Positions 40,041 through 57,410 of a stretch of 64,000 nt of DNA are shown piece by piece. The DNA lies in the NCBI RefSeq assembly GCF_009914755.1, contig NC_060927.1. The stretch is one strand, 5' to 3'. The notes beneath the pieces were generated by a model. The model did not search any database, was not told the origin of the DNA, and saw only the letters and a program-made list of their open reading frames with translations. Source of the stretch: the human T2T-CHM13v2.0 reference genome, Homo sapiens. Made by a program: the position numbers and the translations under genes. Position 1 is the stretch's first letter; each line of letters starts with the position of its first letter.

Positions 40041-40667
40041 TGACATGCCTTATACTTAAAAGAGCAGTGCTGGGAAATTTCTTGCTCCATAATAAATCAT
40101 TGATGCACTTAGTATCATTACTTAAATGATCTTGATGTGTTGCCAGTATGGAATGGGCCACTTGATTCCCAATCTGCTTCCTCAGTTTCATCCCATCCGG
40201 TTACCCCTGGGCCTTAATAAATCTATAAGTCAAATGGATGCTTTCAAACTTAATAATCTCCATCCTGTCTCAGATGGGATAAGAGAAAGATCAAGGATCA
40301 TGGTAGTGAAAACTAAGGTTAATAACCCTACCTTTTTAGCTCCTAGGAATGCCAGACTTCACTGAGAAGTTGGGAAGGAAATTATAGGCTCATGATCCTC
40401 TGGGTCAGTCCCCTTCAATTGGTGTCAAAAAATGAGAGGTCATAGATCAGAGAATCAAGCTATCACTTTCAAGAATGCTCTTTTCTTTTTCCTACTCAAT
40501 GAATATATTGGATTTTATCAAAGAAGTCTGAAAGGTCCTTTGAATAGACATCATATGCAAAATTTTGTTCTTCTCTTCAGATGGGCAGAAGATCATGGGT
40601 TTTGTCAGATTTCAGAAGAGCGTAGAGGAATCTATTTTCAACAACTCTCTGTTGTTGAAACAACAAT

Positions 40668-41091
40668 TGTATTCGTCAGGGTTCTCCAGAGAAACAGAAC
40701 CAACAGAATATGCATGTGTGTGTATGTGTGTGTAATCCATTGTAAGGAACGGGCTCACATTATGTACTGTGGAGGGTTGGCAAATCCAAAATCTGATTTG
40801 CTAAGCCAGTGGGCTGGAGACTCGGGAAAGTTATGGTTCAAGTTCAAAGGCAGTCTTCTGGCAGAATTCCTCCTTGCTCAGGAGAGGTTAGTCTTTGTTC
40901 TGTTAAGGCCTTCAATTAATTCAATAAGGCCCGCTCACATTATGGATGGTAATCTGATTTATTCAAAATCCACTGATTTAAATGTTAATATCATCCAAAA
41001 ATTATATTCACAGAAACATCCAGAACAATATTTGACCAAACACCTGGGCACCATGGCCCAGCCAAGTTGACAAATAAAATTAACCCACACA
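40668..41091 (-). mobile_element. ERVL solo LTR, MLT2 family
   Basis: tgtattcgtcagggttctccagagaaacagaacc...gcccagccaagttgacaaataaaattaacccacaca. Confidence 0.9.
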
Positions 41092-42399
41092 GTAATATAA
41101 AACAGAAAACATCCTATTGATATGATAAGTAGAATCACAGGAACTGAGAATGAAAAGGAACTTTTGAGGCTATCTGTCTGCCCTTTCTCCATCTTGGAGA
41201 TAAGAAAAGTGAGGCTCAGAGATTACACACCCCTTTGGCCAGAAAGCTGGAACTAGGTCATGGGCTTCCTAAATCTTTCTACAACTGCCAAATCCAGACT
41301 TGTCTTTTTTTTTTTTTTTTTTTAACTCATCATGAGACACAGTTTAATGCCCTTTCATGAAAATTAGATAGGGTCAAGTTCCAATTTGAGTTATTTGTGT
41401 GGCAATTGGAAGGCAAACTGCAATTAGACCCAAGTTTCCTTCTTGACACATTGTACAAAAATGTAATATGTGATAATAACAACATAAGGAGGATGGGGCT
41501 GATTAGGAGCAGAGTTTTTGTATACTACTGAAGCTAAATTATTATTAATTCAGCCTGGATTGTTATATATTTAAGATGCTCATTGTAATCCACTTTCTCT
41601 GAGGTAGTCCAGGCCACCCATGGGAGAAGTTAGTGAGTGAGTTTCCACACCAGGAGCATTTAGTCTAAATGTATAAGGAAAAAAATGTATACTTCAGTAA
41701 AAAACTGTGCCTTTTCTAAAGCACACTTATCTGGGGTTGTCTACTTCTAATTCCATGGGCACTATTTCGGACTATAAGTTGTACATAACTGATAGCAACA
41801 CAAAATAATTCTTGTTTATAGATAAGTAAATAAATTAAGTCCGAGGAAGGGACAACCTCTTCCTCACTCCAAGAAAAAGTCAGTTTTGCATTCATTTTCA
41901 CATTCATTTTCATATTCCTTTATTCAATAAAATAATATAAAAATATATACTGCCATAAAACTGGAGTATATATTTTTGCTTCTTTCACTTCTCCTTTAAG
42001 CAGTTATAATATTTACCTGGTTCAGTCACTTAATCAATGAGTCGAATAAAATCTTTAGCACATGTTCATTTTATCTCTATGAGAGTCATGATTTTGCCCC
42101 TTTTTGGGAAAATTATTCTTTGATAAATGTCGTGTCTTTACCAGCACATCAAAAAGATGCTCTACTAAAGTAAAACTGACCCTCTGCCCAGCATCCATTC
42201 AGCTCCATTCTGCTCTGAATCTTCATATTTAATAAAAAGTTTGATTAGGTTTTCACAGGGTTTGCTGCATTGAAATCTGGGGGAAAAAATAGAAGTAAAA
42301 ATAGAGACTCTGACAGCAAAAGAAAGCAGGATAGGGAAGGGGGGAAGGGCATTTGCATCTCTTAAACACTTAGTAAAGGATTTGAGAATTGGGGTAGGA

Positions 42400-42970
42400 T
42401 GGGAAAAGGCGGGCAGAGGTAAAACAGGATAAATAACAGCTCAAAACAATTATCTTTGAGACCCGCCAAAATCATTAGTTATCCCCCTAATAAATTCTTT
42501 TACTCCGCCCCCATACCACATACACTCTTAAAATGTGTTGCTAGCAAGTGTTTGGGGCTTGATGACATCTCTGGAATGTTTTAGTCGTGTTTAGCATGGC
42601 AGCCTGGGCTCTATTCTGCTTGGAAGCAACCAGGGAGGATCTGTGATAAGTGTTGAAGAAAAGGACAGGAAAAGTGGAAGAGGAAAGAACTCAAGCAAAT
42701 TCCTTCTTCCAGACCTATTCATCCTCCTCTCTCCCTCTGTAGCTTGGGCTTCTGAACACTCTCTTCAGTGTGTTATGGCAGGGAGAGCGAGGCAAGGAGA
42801 AAGACAGCACAAACCCCCTGAGCTAAACCCAGGGCCTCCACCTCTGCCTTCCCGAGTCCCAACAGTTTCCATCTCTGTTATTGATATCTTCCTGCTGTTT
42901 TGTCCCGGCCAAATTGCTCTGTACTGCCTCTTGGTGGCCTTTCTACCAAGTCTGTTGCCATGGCTACTAC
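42400..42970. promoter_or_regulatory. Candidate cis-regulatory region (GC boxes, E2F-like and RFX motifs)
   Basis: aggcgggc, cccgccaaaa, ctccgccccc, gttgctagcaag, gttgccatggctac in non-repeat DNA. Motif match only. Confidence 0.3.
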
Positions 42971-43227
42971 TTTTCCTGACTGACACCTCCACCATCAGCT
43001 TCATCATCTATTTGGCTACCTGCTTGCAGGAGTTCCTTCCAGGCAGTAGAGCTTTCATTCAACTCCAATGGACTCCTTTAACTCCTCTCCATTCCTCTGA
43101 GCAATGTGAGGAAAGCTTGTATGGCTTGAGCCACAGTTTATCTTTGCATTTTTATTCCCTGTGGCCTCATCCCTGAACCAAATCCTCATCATCTCTTTTA
43201 TGGGCCATGCAGCCATCTGCTAAGTGG

Positions 43228-43560
43228 ATTGCATTAACTTGTAGAAACAAATAGACCTCAAAATTCTAGTGGCTTAACATAATAAAAACACATTTTTTGC
43301 TACAAGGTTGGTGGAGCAGCTCTCCCTGACACGGTCTTTCAGAGACTCTGACTGAAGGAGACTTGTCTGTGTTCAGTATGTGGCCTCCAAGGGCTCCATG
43401 GGCATTGAGATCCCAGTCAGTTGGAAAGGGAGCTGAGAATGGAAAGCATGTATGGGAATCTTTTATAGGCCAGGCCTGCAAGTGGCTCGCATCCCATCTG
43501 CATAAACACAGGGGAGAAGTGGGGAACCCTGGTGTGGCTTCTCCTGAGCCAGTAATCTTG
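43228..43560 (-). mobile_element. Old MaLR LTR (MLT1K-like)
   Basis: aaacaaatagacctcaaaattctagtggcttaacataataaa...tatgtggcctccaagg...ttataggccaggcctgcaagtggc. Confidence 0.7.
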
Positions 43561-43739
43561 CAAGGCTAGGTAAAGTATATTAGTCTCCGTATGTTATTCT
43601 AAAATAGCATCTTTGTGTCCTATTGGTGCCATACCAGCCACTTTACCAAGTGGTGAGAAAAAAAGAAGAAGAAGAAGTAAAAGAGGAGACAGGAAGGAGG
43701 CAGGAAGAGATGGTGAAGCAGCTTAAGAAGCCCAGGTAT

Positions 43740-46857
<3,118 letters not shown>

Positions 46858-47724
46858 AGAGGAACCCCAGGTCTCATCTAGCTATGCAAAGACTTCCCCA
46901 TTCCTTCAGCCACAGTGAGGGTACAGCTCTGCAAAGATCTGCCAGGCACAGTTGGGCAGGTTGTTCTGCAATAGAGCCCTCAGCCAAGGGACCAGTGGGG
47001 ATTGAAATCCAGGCTGCTCTCTGCTTTCCAAGCATGGTGTCCAACCATGGACACCTACTCAGAGGTAGTGAAGGGAGATTTCCCTGTTTTACTGAAAGGT
47101 ATATCTCTCTCCTGTGTCATATGCCTGAAGGGGGTGCCTTTTTCTAATTTGTCATGAAGGCACCTTCTATGCTACTGGAGCCCTGCTTCAGCAGCTGGTG
47201 AGTTGCTTACTGCAAAGTAGGCTTCAATTTCATAAATTAAAATGCCACACTGAAGCGTTGCCCTCTCATAAACCCATCACCTCTGACCTAGATCCTCATG
47301 TGGATTACACAGTGGCCTCACAGCATGAAATTCTGCCCAGGCTTGGATGGGGCTGCCCCACTGCTTTTCCATGGGTCATTTAGACAGATCGCTTTGTTTC
47401 TCTGTTCCTCCCATCGTTGCCTTGGAATGAGGGAGCTGAACCAGGTGACAGTGGTGTCCTTCCTGGTTATGACATGCTATGGCTCATAATTCTGTGAAAG
47501 GCAATACATCATGGAATGGGTCAGATTTGAAAGTCTAGTCTGGGCTTTTCTCTGTATAATTTTATATTTCTTCTCTCTGGTCATTTTGTTAGCTCTCACT
47601 AACACCTGTGGTGATCAGACAACCACAGGTATCCAAAGAAAAAAGATTTCAGCTTGAGATAAAAGACTAGTGAATATAAACGAACATCAAGTATCTTCCT
47701 CTCCCTCAGTTTACTTTCTTATTC

Positions 47725-47802
47725 AAACACACAAATACACATGTATGTGTGTGCACGCACACACACACACATAAACACACGCATTTACATATACTTACAC
47801 AT
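47725..47802. repeat. Imperfect CA/TG-rich simple repeat
   Basis: acacacaaatacacatgtatgtgtgtgcacgcacacacacacacataaacacac. Confidence 0.7.
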
Positions 47803-48529
47803 GTTGAGCTTATGACAGAGCTTTTTTTAATTTCAAAGCAGTATGGTATAATTTCCCAGATATAATCATTTAATGCACTTAAATTTGTTTCTCTAAAACC
47901 CAGAAGCAACTAAATTGCCAAGAATTCATGCCTGAGGCATTTCTATCTACATGTCTCAGTATAAAATGTTCGAAGGAAGTAGCTCATATTTATAAATGAG
48001 TTGGTTTGCCTCCCCAAGTCTCCTCATGGTAAGTACCATCAAAAACCTCACAAATCATCCATACTACCCACTATCGTCTTTGTGACACAAAGGAAGCCCT
48101 GCTCCATTCAAACATTCTCTACATCCTCCATAAGCCCCATGGGTTTCCAATCTTTATTTTTTTCATAAAGTAAATGACTTCCCAGGTAATAGAGGCAGAT
48201 AGATAGATACATACACATTTTATTGTTTGTGCTGACAGGTTATAAGGAGTAGAGAGAAGAGTGGAGATGGAAAGGCGGTGTGGAGAACATCAGCCTTGTT
48301 GGATTACACATATGAAAATGAGGGAGAGAGAAATGGGGAACAGGGAAAATAAAGGAATTCAGTTGACATGGATTTGGCACTCACCCAGCACTGTATGTGC
48401 CATTGCTACTAGAGTGTCTTCCTGGATGTCCCATAGGCACCTGATGATCAATAAGTCCCAAATTGGCTTCAGTCCCCACTTGCTGTGCAGACATGCCCTG
48501 CCTGTCCCTGTGCACAGAACAGCCATCTA

Positions 48530-48640
48530 TCCAGGGATGTTCATATATATCATCTCATTCAATCCTCACATCCACCCATAAAATAGAAATTATCACCCCT
48601 AGTCAATACATGAAGAAACTGAAGCTCAGAGAGGCTAAGT
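48530..48640 (-). mobile_element. MIR fragment
   Basis: catctcattcaatcctcaca...atgaagaaactgaagctcagagaggctaagtg. Confidence 0.75.
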
Positions 48641-49039
48641 GCAACAGCTCGGGCTGCCATAATAAAATACCATGGGTGGGGCGATTTAAACAACAGACAT
48701 TTATTTTCTTACAGTTCTAGAGGCTAGAAGTCCAAGATCAAGGTGTTGGCAGAGCTAGCTCCTCCTGAGGGCTGTGAGAGACTCACTCCTTGGCTTGTTG
48801 ATGGCTGTCTTTTCCCTGTGTCTCCTTGTATCATCTTTCCTCTGCACGGCTCTGTGTTCACTTTTCTCTTTTTATAAGGACACCAGTCATGTTGGATTAC
48901 AGCCCACCTTAATGACCTCATTTTAGCTTGACTACCTTTGAAAAGAACCTATCTCTAAATAAAGCCACATTCTGAAAACTGGGGTTTAGGATTTCAATAT
49001 ATGGATTTGGGAGCAGAGGAAACATTTCAGTCCATAACA
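48641..49039 (-). mobile_element. MaLR LTR (MLT1B/MLT1A-like)
   Basis: gggctgccataataaaatacca...acagttctagaggctagaagtccaagatcaaggtg...ttataaggacaccagtcat...ttcagtccataaca. Confidence 0.88.
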
Positions 49040-50749
49040 CTACCTAACCCCCAAAGACTTCTATAGGAGGAAACATTTGAAGAAAGGAGTTGGCTAGGTG
49101 AAAATAGAGGCAGTAGGCAGGAATGAGAGAAGAGTTCCAGGGACAGGGATCACTATATACAAAGGAAAGAAGGGGAAGGAGCAGGACACAGCCTGATGCC
49201 GCTCATGGTAGGAGCGTTCACATTCACATGCCACTCACAGCCCAGCCCAGCAGGGTCTGATTGCCAGGCCATACCCCAGTGTCCTGGGACTTGCCAAACA
49301 AACCCACTGTTTCTTGTGGACCGAAAGTTGTTTCTGGTACATCAAAATGGAGGGGAGAGCTGAGTTTGGCTGGGGCAGAAGAAGTGATCCTAGGGGCCTT
49401 TGAGCTCTAAGAATAAGCAGAGCCAGGAAAGTGGGGAGACTCAGTTATGAGCAGACACAGTGAAGAGCAGTACTTAGAGGAAAACCTGAACAGAATTTAA
49501 AACTAAAGCCTCAAACGCTGCGAGCTCCCCCGCCCACAACAGCCCTTGTCAGAGAGCCCAGAAGGGCATGAAAGGAGGAGGAGAGAGAGGGAGGAGGGAA
49601 GAAACTGTATTTCCCTTACCTCACAGTCTTCCCTTCTCTGGGGACCCACAGAAAGATGCACTGACTATAAAATAGGGGCTTTTAAAACTATTAGGCAACA
49701 TGGAATAAAGTGTCAGAGGCAGCCAAACCAAAACCACTTGAATAAGAGCATCACTAACTGCGAGGCTGGGGCGTGGCTTCATTTTATTCCAAGCCTTTGG
49801 CACACAACACAGAATCTGGCACGTGGTAGGAATCTGACAAATACTTGGATGTTTGTTTGTTTTCTTACCTAAGAGGACATCCCAAGGATACCAAGCGTTT
49901 CTAGGTGAATCCTGTGACTCCATCCCTAGCCTGAGAGACCTGCCTCCAGGAAGGAAGAGATTATTGCAGTTCCCTCTATTTTAAAATCTTTTCAATGCCG
50001 ATTTTGTTTTTGATATATTATTATTGCCTGAGGCTTTAGTCAGGAGACTGAGATCACACAAAGCACAGATCTTAGAATTTAATAGCTTTTCTCAAGAATG
50101 AAATCAGATTCTTTCTGAAAAATATCTAAAAGACATGCCTTATTACATAAGGAGAGCATGCTTCATGTGAAGATGTGGATATTTTTAGAGCATGTGTTTT
50201 GAATTTTATATTTGTGGTCCTATTTACCTGGATGAGTCACATTTAAAACGTTCCCAAATTTCTTGCCTTTAAACCCTAAGCTTCTTGTGGCTTTGAGGAA
50301 CATTTGCTCAGATTACTCACAACACAAATCTTCCTGTCATTAAACTACTACACTTTGTACTGAGTGGCATATAATACATAGAAATTGTCAGACAAGCTGG
50401 ATTATTCGTCCCCAAAGGAGCAGTTCTTAGTAAATGAATTACACCAAGAAATTGCTGGGGCCTACAACATTCCTTTTTTGGTTTGTTTTTGGGTTTTTGT
50501 TTTTGTTTGTATCCTCTCTAAAAGGTGGCTTCAGGCTATGTTAGCAGGAGAGTGGAGAGAAACCAAGTGAGGCCTAGAGGTCTTTGGGTACAGGAATGCA
50601 GTTTCAAAATCCTAGTGAAAGCTGCTAAGAATTCAGAGAAAGTGGCAGAGAGGAAAGACACATTTAACATTTGCTACCTAAGGTACAGCTGGAAATAATA
50701 TGGAACAGATGGATCAGAACTGAAAACATGGATTGAGGAAGAGGCATGC

Positions 50750-51493
50750 TGGATAATTTTTGAATGGATGCTAGACATTGGCAGCTTTACTTTGTTGAGT
50801 GCTGAATATTTGTATATTCCTATAAACATGCATGAGATTTGTCCTAACAATTAAGTTATCTAGACACACTTTGATCTTTCTGGGTCTTGATTTTAAGGTT
50901 TTTCTTTAGGTGAGACCAGAGCATCATTTATTCTAGACCTAATTTTGCTCCTCTTTTGAGGCAAAGACCTTTTCAATACACCATCTGATGCCCAGTGAAT
51001 TAAGAGGTTTTGTACTGTGGCTGGTAGATCAGAAATTATTCCTGGTTCTGTGTGAGCCTCAGCTATGTTCCCTCTAATCCTGTTGGTTGGTTTGTATACC
51101 GACCTCAGATAGTTTCTTATCTTACATGTGCCAATCAGTATGGAGCTAAAGACCCAAAGGGAACCTTCCACAGACCTCTGGAGTTCCCTTAGCATGCAGA
51201 TTTTTCCTCTCTGCAACTCTGCCCCAAGAACTCCAGCTGACTCCACCTTCCCAGACTCCCTGCTTCATCTCCTCCACTCAGAGAGAACACTGGGCCCTTC
51301 TGCTTTCCACTTCCCTGTGGCACAGCTTGGACATTCTCTCCAGGCGGTAACCTAGGGCAACTGTCCATAGGAATTACTGTCCTGCATTGCTGATGTCCAT
51401 GGTCTTGGTTGTTTCATATATTTTCTCCAGATTTTTTTCAGGAGGAAAGTAAGTCCTGTCCCTATTACTCCATCTTTGGCTGAAGTGAAAGTC
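50750..51493 (-). mobile_element. Old L1M 5' UTR region
   Basis: Ends in cctgtccctattactccatctttggctgaagtgaaagtc, the reverse of the GACTTC...CCAAGATGGAGTAA L1M 5' terminus. Also contains ttgagtgctgaatatttg...gagaccagagca. Confidence 0.65.
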
Positions 51494-51832
51494 AACTATA
51501 TGTTCAATTGCCTTTTTAAAAAAATTTGACACATTGTAATTGTACATAGTTATGGTGTGCAATTTAGGGTTTCAATACATATATATGTTGTATAACAATA
51601 AAATCAGAGTAGTTAGTATATCCATCACCTCATGCATTCATCATTTCTCTGTGGTGAGAATATTCAAAAGCTTCTCTCCTAGCTATTTTGTAACAGTCAC
51701 CCTCCTGTGCAATAGAACAGCGGTACTTATTCCTCCTATCTAATTATAACTTTGTACCGTGGACCACTCTCTCTCCATTCTTCCCCACTCCCCTCTCTAG
51801 TCTCTGGTAACCACTGTTTACTCTCTGTTTCT

Positions 51833-52277
<445 letters not shown>

Positions 52278-52614
52278 TTTCAATTTTTTTTAGATTCTAC
52301 ATATGAGTGATATCATATAGTATTTGTCTTTTTGCATCTGGCTTATTTCACTTAATAAAATGTCTTCCAGATTCATCCAGGTTGTCACAAATGACAGGAT
52401 TTCATTCTTTTTGTATGGTTGAATAATATTCTATTCTGTATGTATACCACATTTTCTTTATCCATTCATCCATTGTTGGGCGCTTACATTGATTCCATAT
52501 TTTTGCTGTTGTCACTTGCTTTTATAAGCAAGTCCAGAACCATAGACAGAACCAGCTTAGGTCAGTCTGTCTCAATAGAATTTTTACATTTGTGTCAGTT
52601 TCCATTTTCCTTGA

Positions 52615-52969
52615 TGTATTAGTCTGTTCTCACGTGGCTATAAAGAAATACCTGAGACTGGGTAATTTATAAAGAAAAGAGGTTTAATTGAGTCACAGTT
52701 CTACATGGCTGGGGAGGCTCAGGAAACTTACAATCATGGCAGAAGGCACCTCTTCACAGGGCCACAGGAGACAGAATGAGTGCTGAGTGAAGGGGCAAGC
52801 CCCTTATAAAACCATCAGATCTTGTGAGGACTCACTCACTATCATGAGAACAGCATGGGGGAATCACCCCCATGATTCAATTATCTCCACCTGGTGCCAC
52901 CCTTGACACATGGGGATTATTACAGTTCAGGATGAGATTTGGGTGGGGACACAGAGCCAAACCATATCA
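52615..52969 (-). mobile_element. THE1D-like MaLR solo LTR
   Basis: tgtattagtctgttctcacgtggctataaagaaatacctgag...acacagagccaaaccatatca. Perfect TSD cttga. Confidence 0.95.
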
Positions 52970-53989
52970 CTTGACATTGCCTCATCTTTCTGTTTAGTTA
53001 ATAATAAGTAGTCTTCATGATCGCCGCTTATTATCTTTTCTGCTCATTGTAATATCCTTCCTGAAAAGACTAGTACTAGGCAATGGTGTTTAAGTAATAA
53101 AACAAAGATTAAAGTGTCTTTAGTTAGACAAACATGGCTTTCATTGCTACCTCTTCCACTCCCTATGTGACTTTTGACAAGTGTTTTAATCTCAAAGGGA
53201 CTGTCTCTGTCAACAAAATGGACAAGGGTGTAAGATGTGTTGAGAAAAAGACTTTTAATTTATGCTATCCATGCATCTGTATTTTGTTACATGAAAGATG
53301 TAATTTTAATTTAAAATAACAAAGTATTTTAAATACTTTGTTAAATAAATGGTAGTGATAATATCTCATCAACAGGGCCATCATGAGTATTAATTGAAAT
53401 AATATGCATGCTTAATGTGTTATAACTTGGCCCATCTTTCCACTGTTCCAAGTACAGAACAATCATACTCTAAATGGCCAGTTGAGTTTCACAGATAATA
53501 AAAATGTGTTTTCTGTAAAGGGTCCAATTTGCTTTCTTTTTCTTCTACACAACCCTGGGAGCACTCCTAAGAGACCATGTGGGTTCAATGTGAATGGCTT
53601 GGAATTCCTTAAGTGTGTATGGATGTTGCTGTACAGTTTTCCACTGAGTGACCTCTGATTGGACAAAACTCAAAAAGTGCTGGCAAAGGAAGATTTTAAG
53701 CCATCTTTAAAATGAATGGGGATTTGGGTTCATGGTGGTAACTAGTTGAAGAGAGATAAGAGAAGAAATATAGCCTGACTGGAAAGAAAAGAATATCAAC
53801 TTGGTGATTAATATTTATTGCATGCCTGCAATTCTTCTTGAACTAGTCACTACCTCTCATTCTTTGAATTCCTGAGTCATACCTTACTCTGTTTTCTTCT
53901 ACATGCCAACTCCTGCACTCTTTTTGTCTGGCCCTTAAAATGGCCTCAGAATCCCTCTCAATACTGCACTGAGGCAGCCAGAATGTTCA

Positions 53990-55240
53990 GGCTGAGTTGG
54001 CATAAAATCTGAAACCTATTTATCATCCTATGAACATTCATCCATTAGGCTTATCTGATCACCTAGCCTTTCAGTTCCTAGACCACTTCTTTTAATGACC
54101 TTGTTTCTACTTCAGCCATCCATTTACACCCTAGAAACTGTCACTAGTTGGAACAGTTATCTTAATATCCTCCCAGATTGCAATATTCAAAATTTCCAGT
54201 GTTCTCATGACTCTATTTCTTTTGCCTTTGTTCTTTGACTATCGAGGTTCATTTTATCCAGAAATTCCTCTTTTATCTTTTCTTTCAAATTCTGGGCCAC
54301 ATGGTGAGATCCTAAACCAATTTCTGCCAGTATCTTCTAATTTCTTGCCACCACTTCTTCACCCTGTCCCTTGCTATATTCATCTAGCAAAACATGGTAT
54401 GGGATTAGTACTGCAGTTTTATTTTTCCTTCTCCAAGAAGCTGAGGAGAAAATCCTACAACTGAAACAAGTCCAATTGTCCCATTCAACTGATTTCACTT
54501 GACCCATAGAACTGATACTATGGTTTCTTTTGAATAAACATAAAAATTGACTCTTCCAGTCTTAAAACTTAAGGAAGATAAATTTGTCTTATCTGAGTTC
54601 TTTCCCAGGAAACCAAACATCAGTCCTCCCAGATAGCATCAAGGAACTGGAACGTACCAGTTCACTCCATCTGGACAACATTCCAGACCCCTCACCCATC
54701 ATGATTGCCTATCTGACCACTTGCTTTCTGTTGACCAACTCCTCTTCCCTACCCCTCCCTAATTCCTGTTTTCCTGCATGTTACATTTCTTCCCTGCTAT
54801 ATAAGTTCCTGGTTTTAGTTGGTCAGGGAGATGGATTTGAGACTGACGTCCCATCTTCCCAGCTGCAGTACCTAATTAAAGCCTTCTTCTCTGGAAATAC
54901 TCTTGTCTCAGTGATTGGCTTTCTGTGAGGTGAGCAGCAGGACCTAGACTGAACCTTTGGTGTTTTGGGAACACAGCCTGCAGATTCATGCAACAGCAGA
55001 CTCATGGCTCCAAACCTCAGCCTGGCTCTCCGTGTTGCCTTGTCAGTCAATTCTTGAACTTGACTTTGATCAGCTCTTCTTTCATTGCCTTCAATGACTC
55101 TTTCAAACTTTATCAGTTTCTTTAAAGCTCTCAATCCCTCCACCCTCAGCAAATAATCTTCTCTGTTATTTTGTTGAGAAGAACAAGGGAATATCATTTT
55201 TCTGATCTCTTCAGCTTTCTGAACTTTCCCTGCAAATATA
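53990..55240 (+). mobile_element. Degenerate L2 (host of MER39B)
   Basis: gctgaggagaaaatcctacaac|cagcc parallels ggctggagaaaatcccacaaccac in the L2 at ~35090. Confidence 0.5.
54462..54973 (+). mobile_element. MER39B-like ERV1 solo LTR
   Basis: tgaaacaagtccaattgtccc...tttgtcttatctgagttc...ccagacccctcacccatcatgattgcc...tatataa (TATA)...attaaa (polyA signal)...ggacctagac...gaaca. 4-bp TSD caac/cagc. Confidence 0.85.
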
Positions 55241-55984
55241 GCTACAGCAGTGCCTGCCCTTACCATCAATGTATGGACCATGATAAATGACACTGTCCAG
55301 TTCATCATTATTCTTTCCAATCTGTTGTACTTGCTAGAGAACCTCAAAAGCCTTGCTGATCAAATCCACCCAAGTTCTTCCTACCAACTTCAGCTAGACC
55401 TGAGATGCCACCTACAGACCCTGGGGTCTACGTAGGGCATGTATACCTTTCTCAGGTCCTCAAGGCTGCTTTAGCACCTCTTACCTTCTGTGTCACTGAG
55501 CAGAAGGGGGACCTCTGAACCCCAGTTTTCCTCTTTGACCCCCCTTTTTTCCATCCTTGAGAGCTCTTCCTTTATGTTTACCACTTAGGAAGTAACCCCT
55601 CAATGACAGCCAATACTGCCACATGTCATTTACCTTATCCATCAATTATCTTTGCTATCATTTGAATTTTTCACCTCTCCAGATTGTCTTTATATTGAAG
55701 ACACTTATAGCCTTAAAAATAAAGTGGAAACTTTCTACCCAATCAAGTTGCCTCCTCTTCTTTCTCCTTCATTTTGTCAAAAAAACCTTTGCATGTCTTT
55801 ACTATTGACCTCCATTTCCTTAAAACCAATTTCTTCCCTAACCCCTTAAAATGTAGCTTCTGTCCTGTCTTACTGAAACTCTTCTTTGGAAAATTAAAAG
55901 TAACCCATAAAGCCAAGAGTCTGTCCTCTGCTATTATCCACGTAAACCCCACACTGAAATAGCTGTAATTTTTTTTACCATCCT

Positions 55985-57410
<1,426 letters not shown>

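Noticed and set aside
40432-41070. Longest ORF (212 aa)
   Set aside because: About two thirds lies in an MLT2 LTR including a TG-repeat (CMCVYVCV). No recognisable domain.
42643-43176. 177-aa ORF with a hydrophobic stretch
   Set aside because: Starts at GTG, has no recognisable family, and its hydrophobicity follows the pyrimidine-rich DNA. No exon context.
54823-55347. 174-aa minus-strand ORF
   Set aside because: Runs antisense through L2 and the MER39B LTR. Chance frame.
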